Source: an uncultured Actinomycetes bacterium (GTDB lineage: Bacteria; Actinomycetota; Thermoleophilia; RBG-16-64-13). Taken from it: DNA of 64,000 nt. Of the stretch, positions 19,577 through 29,650 are shown one piece after another. Under the pieces are notes generated by a model. That model did not search any database. It saw only the letters and a list, made by a program, of their open reading frames with translations, and was not told the origin of the DNA. The DNA lies in NCBI GenBank assembly GCA_963706025.1, contig CAVPLM010000005.1, forward strand, positions 352,001 through 416,000. The letters run 5' to 3'. Each line of letters begins with the position of its first letter. Position 1 is the stretch's first letter. Both the position numbers and the translations under genes were made by a program.

Positions 19577-20892
19577 GAGTACCTCTCCTCTTTGCCCTCG
19601 AAATCGATGACCAGCGGGATCCCCCAGAACCCGTATTCCTCGCGCAGGCGGTTCTCCAAGTAGTAGGCAAAGGACCGGGTCACCAAGGCCCGAGAATTGA
19701 CCATGACCTTGAAGCGCGGTGGACGGGTCTCATACTGCACGACGTAGAAGGTCTTGATCTCCTTGACCCCTTTGGCCCTGTCTGGACGCCGGGCCCGCAC
19801 CCCTTCGAGCCAGCGGTTGAGCTCGGGTGTAGGTATGCGGTTGCTGTACTGGATGTAAAGCTCCCGGGCCAGAGGGAGTATGCGGTCGATGCCCCGGCCG
19901 GTGAGCGCCGACACCGTCAGCCACCGCGGTTTCATCTGCACCTTGGCCTTGATGCGAGCGGTGGCCATGTCCAGATCGAGCCGGGTCACGTCCCACTTGT
20001 TGAAGAGGATGGCGGTCGCGCACTTGGCCCGTTGAGCTTCGTAGGCTATTTGCAGGTCGAGATCCACAAGGCCCTCGCTCGCATCGACCACGATCAAGGC
20101 CACGTCACTGCGTTCGAGAGCGCGGAGCGCACGAAGCCCGCTGTAGTACTCCACGTCGGTCGTCGTGCGCTTGCCGGGCCGACGAAGCCCGGCGGTATCG
20201 ATAAGCGTCATCGGAGTGGCATCGAACACCAGGTCGGTATCGATGGCGTCACGGGTCGTACCGGGAACCGGTGAGACGATGGTTCGTCGGTCGCCAAGCA
20301 GCGCATTCAGCAGGGAGCTCTTCCCCACATTCGGGCGGCCGACGATGGCCACCCGAATGGGCGCCGCGGTGTCCAGGTCCACCTCGTACTCGGGGAGCAG
20401 CTCAACGATCTCGTCGAGGAGGTCCCCCACTCCCAGGCCGTGCTCCGCCGAGACGCCCATCGGTTCGCCCAACCCCAGCTCCCAGTATTCGTGAAGATTC
20501 TCACGAGCCACCTGGGCGTCCTGTTTGTTGACCGCAAGCACCACGGGGACCCGACTTCGCCGCAGCAGAGCTGCGATCTCGTGGTCTTGGGGAGCCACCC
20601 CGGCTTTGCCGTCGAGGAGGAATACGGCCACGGTCGCTTCACCAACGGCGGTTTGGGCCTGGCCGCGTACCTCGGCTCCTAGAGGGAGGTCGCTCTGCAG
20701 GTCGAACCCGCCGGTGTCGACCACCATGAAGATGCGCCCTCTCCACTCGGCCTGTCCTTCCTTGCGGTCGCGGGTCACGCCCGATTCGGGCGCCACCACG
20801 GCGTCGCGGGTGCCGGTGATCCGATTGAAAAGGGTCGACTTCCCCACGTTAGGGTAACCGACGATCACTACCCTGGGCATGGCTGAAGTCAC
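19573..20892 (-). CDS. der: Ribosome biogenesis GTPase Der (EngA)
   Basis: Two G domains (GYPNVGKS/GVTRD/DTGG and GRPNVGKS/GTTRD/DTAG) plus KH-like tail; alternative start ATG 20880. Confidence 0.95.
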   Translation of the reverse strand: MTSAMPRVVIVGYPNVGKSTLFNRITGTRDAVVAPESGVTRDRKEGQAEWRGRIFMVVDTGGFDLQSDLPLGAEVRGQAQTAVGEATVAVFLLDGKAGVAPQDHEIAALLRRSRVPVVLAVNKQDAQVARENLHEYWELGLGEPMGVSAEHGLGVGDLLDEIVELLPEYEVDLDTAAPIRVAIVGRPNVGKSSLLNALLGDRRTIVSPVPGTTRDAIDTDLVFDATPMTLIDTAGLRRPGKRTTTDVEYYSGLRALRALERSDVALIVVDASEGLVDLDLQIAYEAQRAKCATAILFNKWDVTRLDLDMATARIKAKVQMKPRWLTVSALTGRGIDRILPLARELYIQYSNRIPTPELNRWLEGVRARRPDRAKGVKEIKTFYVVQYETRPPRFKVMVNSRALVTRSFAYYLENRLREEYGFWGIPLVIDFEGKEERYS

Positions 20893-21737
20893 GGCTCGAT
20901 CTCCCGCAGGCGGCAGATGACGGCCTCGATCTGTTCGGGAGGGGTCGAGGCTCCGGCCGTGACGCCCACGACTCGAGCGTCGCGCAACCAGGTGGGCTCG
21001 ATCTCTGCGGCGGTTTCCACGTGGTGGGTCCGTGGCTGCTCGAGGGCGCAGAGCTCGGCCAGTCTCCTCGTGTTACCCGAGTTCTTTCCGCCGACGACGA
21101 CCACCACGTCCACGTCCCGGGCCATGGCTATCGCGGCGGTCTGGCGCTGTTCGGTAGCGCTGCAGATGGTGTTGTGGACCAGGAGCTCCCGCGCGCGAGG
21201 CGCCAAGTACGCCACCAGGTCGGCAAGGCGTTCTTTCGATTGCGTCGTTTGCACCACCACGCCCACGCGAGGATTGGGTAGCTCATCCGGCAGGTCGACG
21301 GGAGTCTCCGCCACCAGCGACTCTTCGCCGGCATAGGACCGCAGCGCCAGAACCTCAGGGTGGTCCTTTTCGCCCACTATGACCACCAGGTAGCCTTGGG
21401 CCCTCAGACGAGCCGCTTTGTCCTGGGCCGAGGTGACGAAGCGACAGGTGGCGTCCAGCACGTTCAGACCGGCAGTCGCCAATTCCTCCCTGATCTCCTT
21501 GGGAACCCCATGCGATCTCAGTATCACGGTGCCGGATGTCACCTCGTCTGTTCGGGAGATGACTCCCACCCCTAGCCGCTGCAGGTCGGCGATGACCCCG
21601 GGGTTATGTATGAGAGGCCCCAGGGTGTTTACGGGCCCGGGAGCCTCGGCGGCCGCATTTCGAGCCACCTCCAGCGCCCGCTCCACCCCCCAGCAGAAGC
21701 CTGCGCACTCCGAGAGTCTGATCGTCAGGGGGCTCAC
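20889..21737 (-). CDS. ispH: 4-hydroxy-3-methylbut-2-enyl diphosphate reductase
   Basis: GFCWGVERA, LIHN, SHG, DATC, HPEV, QTT, NTICSAT, NSGN, GVTAGASTP. Confidence 0.95.
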   Translation of the reverse strand: MSPLTIRLSECAGFCWGVERALEVARNAAAEAPGPVNTLGPLIHNPGVIADLQRLGVGVISRTDEVTSGTVILRSHGVPKEIREELATAGLNVLDATCRFVTSAQDKAARLRAQGYLVVIVGEKDHPEVLALRSYAGEESLVAETPVDLPDELPNPRVGVVVQTTQSKERLADLVAYLAPRARELLVHNTICSATEQRQTAAIAMARDVDVVVVVGGKNSGNTRRLAELCALEQPRTHHVETAAEIEPTWLRDARVVGVTAGASTPPEQIEAVICRLREIEP

Positions 21738-23053
21738 TCTCTGTCTCCCGCGGTGCCGGCGAGGTCTTGGAAGGCGTGGGTGAGACGGGTGCTGGTGACA
21801 AGTGCCCTCTCAGAACGGGTCACGTCTTGCTCGGGGAGCCGGAGAGGAGGACCGAACGCTACGCGTACTCTGGGAAACCGGATCATCCGACCCCGCATGA
21901 TGCGTTCGGTGCCCTCCATCACCACTGGGATCGTCACCACCCCTTGTCGAAGCGAGAACAGGGCCACACCCGGGTGGATCCCGCCGAAGCCCCCTTGGCG
22001 CTGGCGGTGGCCTTCCGGGAAGATCCCCAGAACGGCGCCCGCCCCCAGCACTTCGAGCGCCCGTTTGACCGCTTGACGGTCGGCCTCCCCTCTGTTGATG
22101 GGGAAGGATCCCAGCCTGTCGATGAACCAACCGAGGGCACCCACCTTCCACAACTCGGCTTTGGCCATGAAGTGGATCTGCCTGGGCGTGGAGACACCCA
22201 AGAAGAACGGATCGAGATTGGACCGATGGTTGGAGGCCAGCACCACGGGACCTGAAAGGGGGAAATGCTCGCGCCCCTGGATCTGCATTCGGAAGAGCAG
22301 GCGCCAGAGTGCGGGTACGAACGAGAAGGCGAAGCGATACAGCGGCGTGTCGAGCGGGCTGCGTACCATGCGGCTCAAAGCCCACTTGCGGGGCTGCCCG
22401 GCGGCAGCCCACGCGCACACCGTTTCGATCACCTCGGCGATGGACATGCCGGTGGTATCTATCTCCATTGCATCGTCGGCTTTGCGCAACGGGGCCAACT
22501 CCCGCCCCGAGTCGTAGGCGTCCCGAGCAGCGATGTCGGCGATCAGTTGATCGAGAGACTGGGAGACTCCCTGTGCTTCCAGCTGCAATTGGCGGCGGCG
22601 GGCCCGTTCTTCGATGGAGGCGACGAGGTACACCTTGAGGTTCGCGTTGGGAAACACCACCGTACCCGTGTCTCTGCCTTCCAGCACGACATCGCCGAGG
22701 GCAGCCTCGGCGCGCTGCCGCTCGGTGAAGACGGCGCGCACGCCTTGGTCGGCGGACACGGCCGACACGTGCTGCGACACCAGCCGTCCGCGGATCTCGT
22801 CGGTGACCTCACGTTCTCCCACGAACACGCGGGTAAGATCGTCGGGGCGCTCCACAAAGCGGATGGGCGCCGCGGCGGCCAAGGCCGCCGCTTCATGGAT
22901 GCGATCGGGCACAAGGCCCGCTTCGAGGGCCAGGAGGGTGGCAGTGCGGTACATCGCCCCCGTGTCCAGGTAGCGCATGCCCAGGCGTTTGGCCACCTCC
23001 CGGGCGATGGTGCTCTTGCCGGAGCCTGCGGGGCCGTCGATGGTGATGATCAT
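21734..23053 (-). CDS. cmk: Cytidylate kinase fused to 1-acyl-sn-glycerol-3-phosphate acyltransferase
   Basis: MIITIDGPAGSGKST, LDTGAMYR, EGRD, then NHRSNLD, FMAKAEL, IFPEG in the same frame. Confidence 0.9.
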   Translation of the reverse strand: MIITIDGPAGSGKSTIAREVAKRLGMRYLDTGAMYRTATLLALEAGLVPDRIHEAAALAAAAPIRFVERPDDLTRVFVGEREVTDEIRGRLVSQHVSAVSADQGVRAVFTERQRAEAALGDVVLEGRDTGTVVFPNANLKVYLVASIEERARRRQLQLEAQGVSQSLDQLIADIAARDAYDSGRELAPLRKADDAMEIDTTGMSIAEVIETVCAWAAAGQPRKWALSRMVRSPLDTPLYRFAFSFVPALWRLLFRMQIQGREHFPLSGPVVLASNHRSNLDPFFLGVSTPRQIHFMAKAELWKVGALGWFIDRLGSFPINRGEADRQAVKRALEVLGAGAVLGIFPEGHRQRQGGFGGIHPGVALFSLRQGVVTIPVVMEGTERIMRGRMIRFPRVRVAFGPPLRLPEQDVTRSERALVTSTRLTHAFQDLAGTAGDRE

Positions 23054-23081
23054 GTGTCGACCCTCCCCCGTCGGCCGCCTA

Positions 23082-24431
23082 TCAGTCCCGAGGCGTCCAT
23101 TCGCCCCCCAAGGCCGAGAATGCGTCGGCGAAGCCGGGATAGGAGACGGAGATGCATCCCACATCCTCGACCAGCACACCCTTTCGTGAGGCAGCACCGG
23201 CAATCGCTCCCACCATAGCCATCCGGTGGTCGGCTCGCGGACTGACGGCGCCTCCGTTCCAGCCGCCCGGGTCGCCCACGACATCCATCCCGTCCGGCTG
23301 CTCGATCACGGCGACGCCGAGCGCGCGCAGAATCGAGGCCATGACCTGCAGACGATCGCTCTCCTTGGCCCGCAGTTCTGCCGCGCCGCGCAAGCGGGAC
23401 ACCCCCTCCGCCTTGGCCGCGGCCAGGAGGAAGAGCGGCAGCTCGTCAATGAGGCCCGGCACCTCGGCCGGGCCGACCTCGGTGGCGACCAGGTTGGAGC
23501 TGCGGGCAGTGATGCTCCCTTCCGGTTCGGGTCCCAGCATCTGGCCCGGTTCCAGGTGGATGTTGCCGCCCATGCGTTCGAGAACGGCCAAGAGTCCTGT
23601 GCGCGACGGATTGAGGCCGGAGTTCTCGACGGTCACCTCAGAGCCAGGCGTGAGGAGTGCCGAGACCAGGAAGAAGGCGGCCGAACTGAAATCACCCGGG
23701 ACCGGGACGGTCTCCATAGCCAGGCGATCGAGGGGCCATGCCCGCACCAGCCCTGCTCCCCCGGAGCGGCCTTCACGCTCGACCCGCCCACCGGCGAAGC
23801 GGATCATGCGCTCCGTGTGGTCCCGAGAGGCCGAAGGTTCAACGATGGTAGTCTCTCCATCGGCGCGCAGTCCGGCCAGCAGCAGGCACGACTTCACCTG
23901 CGCGGAAGCGACGGTCATATGATGCGTGAGCCCTCGCAGCGGCCCGCCCCTGATAGCGAGCGGTGGCAACGTGTCGGCCTGCCGCCCCATCGCGACAGCT
24001 CCCATGACCCGCAAAGGCTCGAGTACTCGGGCCATCGGCCGCCTGCGGATACTCGCGTCACCCGTGAGCACGCAGAGGAAAGGCAGCGAAGCCACCAGGC
24101 CCGGAAGCAGCCGGATGAGGGTCCCTGAGTTGAGGACGTCGATGACATGATCAGGCTCGGAGAGGCCGGCCCAACCGCGGCCCCTGACCACCAGACCTTC
24201 ACTGCCGCGGTCCTCGATCTCCACGCCCAGAGCTTCCGCCGCCGCTACGGTGGCCAGAGTGTCGGCGGAGCGGAGGAACCCGGTGACCGTCACGTCACCG
24301 TCGTTCACGGCTCCCAGCAGGATCGCCCGGTGCGATACCGACTTGTCGCCGGGCACCCGTATGGTTCCGCGCAGGCCGTCGGGTGCCGGCCGGAACAAGG
24401 ATGCGTTCGGACCCTCAGTCACTGCCGTCAC
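23082..24431 (-). CDS. aroA: EPSP synthase
   Basis: PGDKSVSHR, NSGT, RRPM, ASAQVKS, RDHTE, PGDFSSAAF, KESDR, DHRMAM. Confidence 0.95.
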   Translation of the reverse strand: MTAVTEGPNASLFRPAPDGLRGTIRVPGDKSVSHRAILLGAVNDGDVTVTGFLRSADTLATVAAAEALGVEIEDRGSEGLVVRGRGWAGLSEPDHVIDVLNSGTLIRLLPGLVASLPFLCVLTGDASIRRRPMARVLEPLRVMGAVAMGRQADTLPPLAIRGGPLRGLTHHMTVASAQVKSCLLLAGLRADGETTIVEPSASRDHTERMIRFAGGRVEREGRSGGAGLVRAWPLDRLAMETVPVPGDFSSAAFFLVSALLTPGSEVTVENSGLNPSRTGLLAVLERMGGNIHLEPGQMLGPEPEGSITARSSNLVATEVGPAEVPGLIDELPLFLLAAAKAEGVSRLRGAAELRAKESDRLQVMASILRALGVAVIEQPDGMDVVGDPGGWNGGAVSPRADHRMAMVGAIAGAASRKGVLVEDVGCISVSYPGFADAFSALGGEWTPRD

Positions 24432-24506
24432 CGGTGAAGCTGACGACTATGGGGAAGTCCAGGCCGCCAAGAAGAACGCTGTGCAGATGATCCGCGGCCA
24501 TGGTCT

Positions 24507-25544
24507 CTATCCCAGGGTCTTGCCGGTCCAAGCGATGATATCCCTGATGCGGGCGGAGACGCGCGCGAACTGATCGGGGTCGAGAGACTGGGCGCCGTCG
24601 GACAGAGCCGTCTCAGGCGTGGGGTGCATCTCTATCATGATGCCGTCTGCCCCGGCGGCTATGGCCGCCAAGGACAGGGGCTCGACCAATTCGACCCTGC
24701 CGGTCGCGTGACTGGGATCGACGACCACCGGAAGATGGCTGCGCTGCTTTATTATGGGAATGGCCGAGATGTCCAGCGTGTTCCGGGTGGCAGTCTCGAA
24801 GGTGCGTATGCCTCGCTCGCACAGGATAACTCTGTCGTTCCCTTCCTTGACGATGTATTCAGCGGCCATGAGCAGCTCGTCGATCGTGGCTGCCAACCCC
24901 CTCTTAAGCAGCACCGGCCTGTCGACCTCGCCCACGGAGGAAAGCAACTGGAAATTCTGCATGTTCCGGGCTCCGATCTGGATGATGTCGGAGTAGGCCG
25001 CCACATCTTCCAGATGACGGGGGTCCATCAGTTCGGTGACGATAGGCAGTCCGCTGCATCGGCGGGCTTCCGCCAGGATCTCCAATCCTTCGATGCCGAG
25101 GCCCTGGAACGCATACGGGGAGGTTCGCGGCTTGAACGCGCCCCCCCGGAGCATGGTCGCCCCAGCCTGCTGGGCCAACCTGGCTGCCTCGAGCAGCTGC
25201 TCCCGGCTCTCGACCGAACAAGGGCCGGCGATGAGAGCCACGTGTCCTCCTCCCAGACTCGTACCACCGACGGTGATCACGGTGTCCGACCGACGGAACT
25301 CCCTGCTCACCAGCTTGTAGGGACGGAGTATCGGCACTACTTTGTCCACGCCGGGATAAGCCTCCAGAGGCAGACCGGCGATGACATCCCGCTCTCCCAT
25401 GACCCCTATGACCGTGACCACATCGCCCGTGGAGACGTGACCGCTCGCCCCCGCGCTCTCCAGCCGCTCGAGGATGCGCTCCACGTCCTGGGAGGTAGCG
25501 GTCTCCTGCATGACGATCATCATCTCTGTGCTTGCGATCTCCAC
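24507..25544 (-). CDS. aroF: DAHP synthase (type I-beta) with N-terminal regulatory domain
   Basis: IAGPCSVES, GGAFKPRTSPY, IGARNMQN, LKRG, CERGIR, DPSH; alternative start ATG 25523. Confidence 0.93.
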   Translation of the reverse strand: MEIASTEMMIVMQETATSQDVERILERLESAGASGHVSTGDVVTVIGVMGERDVIAGLPLEAYPGVDKVVPILRPYKLVSREFRRSDTVITVGGTSLGGGHVALIAGPCSVESREQLLEAARLAQQAGATMLRGGAFKPRTSPYAFQGLGIEGLEILAEARRCSGLPIVTELMDPRHLEDVAAYSDIIQIGARNMQNFQLLSSVGEVDRPVLLKRGLAATIDELLMAAEYIVKEGNDRVILCERGIRTFETATRNTLDISAIPIIKQRSHLPVVVDPSHATGRVELVEPLSLAAIAAGADGIMIEMHPTPETALSDGAQSLDPDQFARVSARIRDIIAWTGKTLG

Positions 25545-25545
25545 A

Positions 25546-26706
25546 TCAACTCTCCGGGCTCAACGCCTCAGCGCTCAGACCATTCACGACGTGCGGGACG
25601 ACCTGGGCCGCCGGGGTTTCGCGCAGCCGTCTCATCAGCGAGAGGAAGAGGTCGTTCTCCTCGGCTTCACCTATGGTAACCCGAATCCAACCGGGACACT
25701 CCATCGCATACCCCGAACGGGTCATCACCCCGTTCTCCAGGAGGACTTGAGCAACCTCTGGGCCGGGTGTGGATAGAGCGGTCACGTCCACCAGGAGGAA
25801 GTTGGCCTCGCTCGGCTTGAATCCGATACCCATGTGTTCGAGACCCCGCGCCATCCGGTCCCTCTCGCCCCTGAGGAGCTCGCGACGTTCCTGCAGGAGC
25901 CTGGGGTGGCGGAGAGCCTCAGTGGCGGCGATCTGAGCGAGCGAATCGACGTTGAAGGGCTGGCGCAGCTTGTCCAGGGCCTGGACTACTTCGGGATGGG
26001 CCACGCCATACCCGAGCCGGAGTCCGGCCAGCCCATAGATCTTCGAAAACGTGCGCAGGACGACGAGATTGGGGTGGTCGGCCACCCAGGCTGCAGAATC
26101 CTCCCGGGCCGGCGAGGTCACGAACTCGCCGTAGGCCTCATCGAGGACCACCACAGTATCAGCGGGGATCCGCCGCAAGAAGGGCCGTAGCGCCCGAGGC
26201 TCGATATAGCTGCCCGTGGGGTTGTTGGGATTGCAGACGATGAGGAGGCTCGTGTTCTCCCCCACAGCAGCCAGAATGGCCTCGAGATCATAGTCGAGTG
26301 CCGGCAGAGGCACGGCAGTGAATGGAGCGTTATGAGCGAGCGCGATCGACCGGTACATCACGAACGAGGGTTGCGGGAAGACCACATGGTGCTCGGGGCC
26401 GAGGAACGCTTCCCCCAGAAGCATAAGCAACTCGCAGGACCCGTTGCCGAAGACCAGGCTTTCTTCGGGGACGGTCAGTCGCTGGGCCAGGAGAGCGCGC
26501 AGCTCGCTACAGCTCCCGTCTGGATAGCGGTTGAGCCCATCCAGAGCGGCCTTCATTGCCTCGATCACTTCGGGAAAGGGCCCGTAGGGGCTTTCATTGG
26601 CCGAAAGCCTGGCCACTCGGTCCAGTCGGTATCTCGTCCGGATGTCGGCCACCGGAGGTCCTGCCCGGTAAGGGGTGAGTCTTTCCAAAACAGGATTCAG
26701 TCTCAT
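25546..26706 (-). CDS. hisC: Histidinol-phosphate aminotransferase
   Basis: LSANESP, NRYPD, GNGS, CNPNNPTG, DEAY, RTFSKIYGLAGLRLGY. Confidence 0.93.
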   Translation of the reverse strand: MRLNPVLERLTPYRAGPPVADIRTRYRLDRVARLSANESPYGPFPEVIEAMKAALDGLNRYPDGSCSELRALLAQRLTVPEESLVFGNGSCELLMLLGEAFLGPEHHVVFPQPSFVMYRSIALAHNAPFTAVPLPALDYDLEAILAAVGENTSLLIVCNPNNPTGSYIEPRALRPFLRRIPADTVVVLDEAYGEFVTSPAREDSAAWVADHPNLVVLRTFSKIYGLAGLRLGYGVAHPEVVQALDKLRQPFNVDSLAQIAATEALRHPRLLQERRELLRGERDRMARGLEHMGIGFKPSEANFLLVDVTALSTPGPEVAQVLLENGVMTRSGYAMECPGWIRVTIGEAEENDLFLSLMRRLRETPAAQVVPHVVNGLSAEALSPES

Positions 26707-26837
26707 GTTCTCTCCGCCGTGATCTCATTTGCGTGCTCTGCGTCCCACGGGGTATCGCGCCCGGCGCTGCCGCGGAACAAATCAGTATAGAGCAGCGAGG
26801 GTAAGAGTAGTCGCCGCGAGCCGCCCGGTATCCTAGC

Positions 26838-27569
26838 TCAGCCCGCGCCGGAAGACCGGCGAAGGCCCTGCACCTCCGCCGGAGAAAGAGGGCGGACTTG
26901 CCCAAGCGCAAGACCTGCGTCGCATAGCCCGTCGAAGCGGCTTCTGTGAAGTGCTATCACGCGGTGCCCGACTGTCTCGAGCATCCGCCGCACTTGGCGC
27001 TTGCGCCCTTCGTGGATGACGACGCGCAGAGTGCTGCTGGTGCTCCCGGTTCTCGACCGGCCGCTTGACACCAGCTCAACCGTGGCCGGCGCCGTCTTGC
27101 CGTCGTCGAGAACGACGCCGTGGCGCAACTGTTCCAGACTCGATCCATCGACTACCCCGCGGACTGTGACCAGATACTCCTTCTCCACCTCATACCGAGG
27201 ATGGAGGAGCTGTGCGGCCAACTCGCCGTCGTTGGTGAGTATCAGCAGCCCCGAGCTGTTCAGATCGAGCCTGCCCACAGGGAAGACACGCGCACGAGCC
27301 GGCACACACTCGACCACTGTGGGCCGGCCCCGAGCGTCGAAGGCGGCGCTCAGGATCCCGGGCGGCTTGTTGAGTAGCCAGTATTCCTTCTTCTGGCGGG
27401 TCACCCGCCGACCGTCGACCAGCACTGCCTGTGAATCCGGATCGATGGACGCTCCCAGTTCAGCCTTTCTCCCGTCCACCGTCACCCGCCCGGTGCGGAT
27501 GAGCTCCTCGCAGCGCCGTCGCGAACCCAGCCCGGCTTCAGCGAGGAACTTCTGCAGGCGCTCGGTCAT
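26838..27569 (-). CDS. rluB: Pseudouridine synthase RluB/RsuA family
   Basis: ERLQKFLA..G..SRR S4 domain, VGRLD, GLLILTNDG, EGRKRQVRRM. Confidence 0.9.
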   Translation of the reverse strand: MTERLQKFLAEAGLGSRRRCEELIRTGRVTVDGRKAELGASIDPDSQAVLVDGRRVTRQKKEYWLLNKPPGILSAAFDARGRPTVVECVPARARVFPVGRLDLNSSGLLILTNDGELAAQLLHPRYEVEKEYLVTVRGVVDGSSLEQLRHGVVLDDGKTAPATVELVSSGRSRTGSTSSTLRVVIHEGRKRQVRRMLETVGHRVIALHRSRFDGLCDAGLALGQVRPLSPAEVQGLRRSSGAG

Positions 27570-28183
27570 TCCGGCACGGAGAGCATCCCCAGCCGGCGAC
27601 GTAGATCGTCCTTCTGAGAATCGTTTAGAGAAAAGCCCTCCAGTTCGGGAAGCTCGTCAAGGCCGGAAAGGCCGAACATGGCCTCGAACCGCGGGGTGGT
27701 CCCGTACAGGATCGCGCCTCCCCCAGTCGGCGAGCGACCGACCTCGGTGATGAATTCCCTTTCGAGTAGAGTATGGACAGGAGAGTCGGAGTTGACCCCG
27801 CGGACCTCGGCTATCTGGGGCCGGGACACCGGCTGCAGATAGGCCACGATGGCCAGTGTTTCCACGGCTGCAGGCGAGAGACTGCTGGCGTCCTCGGGAA
27901 GCTCGAAGAGCGCGGAGACCGCGGTCTGGCAGCGAGGGTTGGTGCGAAAGGCCCACCCTCCGGCCAGGCGCACGAGCTCGAAGCCTCTCTCCCCCTGCGG
28001 CGGGAACTCGTCCGCCAGGGAACCAAGGATCTCCTCCACGACGTCGCGGTCGACAGGCTCCTGCAGGGACAGAGCCTGCAGGATGACCTCCGTGGAGAGC
28101 GGCGTGCCGGACGCGAAAACAACGGCCTCGACATCGCGCTTCAAGGCCTTCAGTGTGGCGTCATCAATCCTGGGGTTGCTCAT
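27566..28183 (-). CDS. scpB: SMC-Scp complex subunit ScpB
   Basis: EAVVFAS, LSPAAVETLAIVAYLQPVSR..I.EVRGV, LYGTT..F...FGL..LDELP. Confidence 0.95.
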   Translation of the reverse strand: MSNPRIDDATLKALKRDVEAVVFASGTPLSTEVILQALSLQEPVDRDVVEEILGSLADEFPPQGERGFELVRLAGGWAFRTNPRCQTAVSALFELPEDASSLSPAAVETLAIVAYLQPVSRPQIAEVRGVNSDSPVHTLLEREFITEVGRSPTGGGAILYGTTPRFEAMFGLSGLDELPELEGFSLNDSQKDDLRRRLGMLSVPE

Positions 28184-28192
28184 AGGTGCTCC

Positions 28193-28933
28193 TCACGCGG
28201 TCTCGCGGGTCGCCTGCGCAATCACCACGATATCGCCGAAAGGTCTGGACTGGGAGACCCGCACCTCGCCCCGCGATACGAGCTCGAGAAGAGCGAACAA
28301 AGACAACGCCTGAACGAGAGGCTCCTCTCCACCGAAAATGCTGTTGAAAGAGAGCCGGCCCTTCTTGGCCAGTACCCTCCGGATGATACTTATCTGACGA
28401 CGCAGTTCCACCTTGATCTGAGCGATGTGGCCCGTGTCGGGGTCGCGTTTGCTCCCAACAAGCCGGACGAGGCAATCGTGTAATTCCATGACGTCCCCGG
28501 TACCGGCGATGTCCTCCAAAGCGGGCAGTCTGCGCCGTGGGTGGGCGGCCGGCGCGCGCAGCAAAGCAGCAGCGGCGGCCTCGGCCGATTCGCGAAGCTG
28601 GACGGCTGCGGATCTGAACTTGCTGTATTCGAATAGCCGGGAAAGCAGCTGTTCACGAGCCTCTTCGGGCGATAGCTCGGTCTCGACTTCTGGGTACGCC
28701 TCGGGGAGCAAGAGACGGGACTTGACCTCCAGCAGCAGGCTCATGAGGATCAGGAACTCGGTCATCTCCTCCCAGTACTGTGTGGCGCCGCTCTCCTCCG
28801 TGGCCTCCAGATAGGCCAGGATGACGTCGAGGAGAGGGACCTCCAGGAGGTCGATCTCTTCCTTGAGGACCAGGGACAAGAGCAGGTCGAAAGGCCCCTG
28901 GTAAACGTCGAGATCGAGTTCAAGCGCTCTCAG
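28193..28933 (-). CDS. scpA: Segregation and condensation protein ScpA (start uncertain)
   Basis: In-frame LELDLDVYQGPFDLLL upstream of the ORF-track start, LEVKSRLLLP, FALLEL..Q..PFGDI; no ATG/GTG/TTG in frame before the motif, so CTG 28933 is used. Confidence 0.85.
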   Translation of the reverse strand: MRALELDLDVYQGPFDLLLSLVLKEEIDLLEVPLLDVILAYLEATEESGATQYWEEMTEFLILMSLLLEVKSRLLLPEAYPEVETELSPEEAREQLLSRLFEYSKFRSAAVQLRESAEAAAAALLRAPAAHPRRRLPALEDIAGTGDVMELHDCLVRLVGSKRDPDTGHIAQIKVELRRQISIIRRVLAKKGRLSFNSIFGGEEPLVQALSLFALLELVSRGEVRVSQSRPFGDIVVIAQATRETA

Positions 28934-28996
28934 AGGGACCTCGCTCCTTCGTGCCTGGGTCGCAGGATCATGACGACCTCGTTCTAGACCACGCCT

Positions 28997-29650
28997 CTAC
29001 TCATAGGCGGGCAAGAGGGCGCGGAACAGCGCTATGTAACCGTCGCTCATCTGGTCGCCCAGCGCCGAACTCTGAATCAGGACCAGGAGGATGACGATTA
29101 TGAATATCCCGTAGCGGTCGATGCCGACCCAGACGTCGTACGCCCGCTTGGGCAAGAAGCCTCCCACGATCCTCGATCCGTCAAGAGGCGGTACCGGGAT
29201 GAGATTGAAGATCCCCAGCACCACGTTCACCTGCAGAGCGAGGAAAAGGAGCGTGAAGAGCCATTCCCGCACATCCCCGGGCTGATTCAGGACGGGTTCG
29301 AGTAGATTGAGCACCACCGCGAAAATAATGGCGAGCACGAAGTTGGTCAACGGGCCCGCGAGACCGACCAGCATCATCCCTCTTTGCCGGCTCTTGAAGT
29401 AGTACGGGGACACCGGGATCGGCTTCGCCCACCCGAAGATGAAACCTCCGGGGATCATGGCCGTGATGAAGAACATAGCCGTACCCAGCGGATCCAGGTG
29501 TCTCATTGGGTTGAGGGTCAGGCGCCCGCGTATCTTGGCCGTCGGATCGCCCAGTCTGTAGGCAGTCAATCCGTGGGCCAGCTCGTGGAGGGTCATTGAG
29601 AACACGAGCACCGGTATCAGAGTTGCGAGCAGAAGCCAGTCTATGTTCAT
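28997..29650 (-). CDS. Site-2 protease (M50) family
   Basis: HELAH, GDPT...GRLTLNP, AGPLTN, FNLIPVPPLDG. Confidence 0.92.
   Translation of the reverse strand: MNIDWLLLATLIPVLVFSMTLHELAHGLTAYRLGDPTAKIRGRLTLNPMRHLDPLGTAMFFITAMIPGGFIFGWAKPIPVSPYYFKSRQRGMMLVGLAGPLTNFVLAIIFAVVLNLLEPVLNQPGDVREWLFTLLFLALQVNVVLGIFNLIPVPPLDGSRIVGGFLPKRAYDVWVGIDRYGIFIIVILLVLIQSSALGDQMSDGYIALFRALLPAYE

Noticed and set aside
24415-24501. 28-aa minus-strand ORF (MAADHLHSVLLGG...) between aroF and aroA, where tyrA often sits
   Set aside because: No SD, no recognisable TyrA similarity and no aromatic-rich leader signature; cannot be supported
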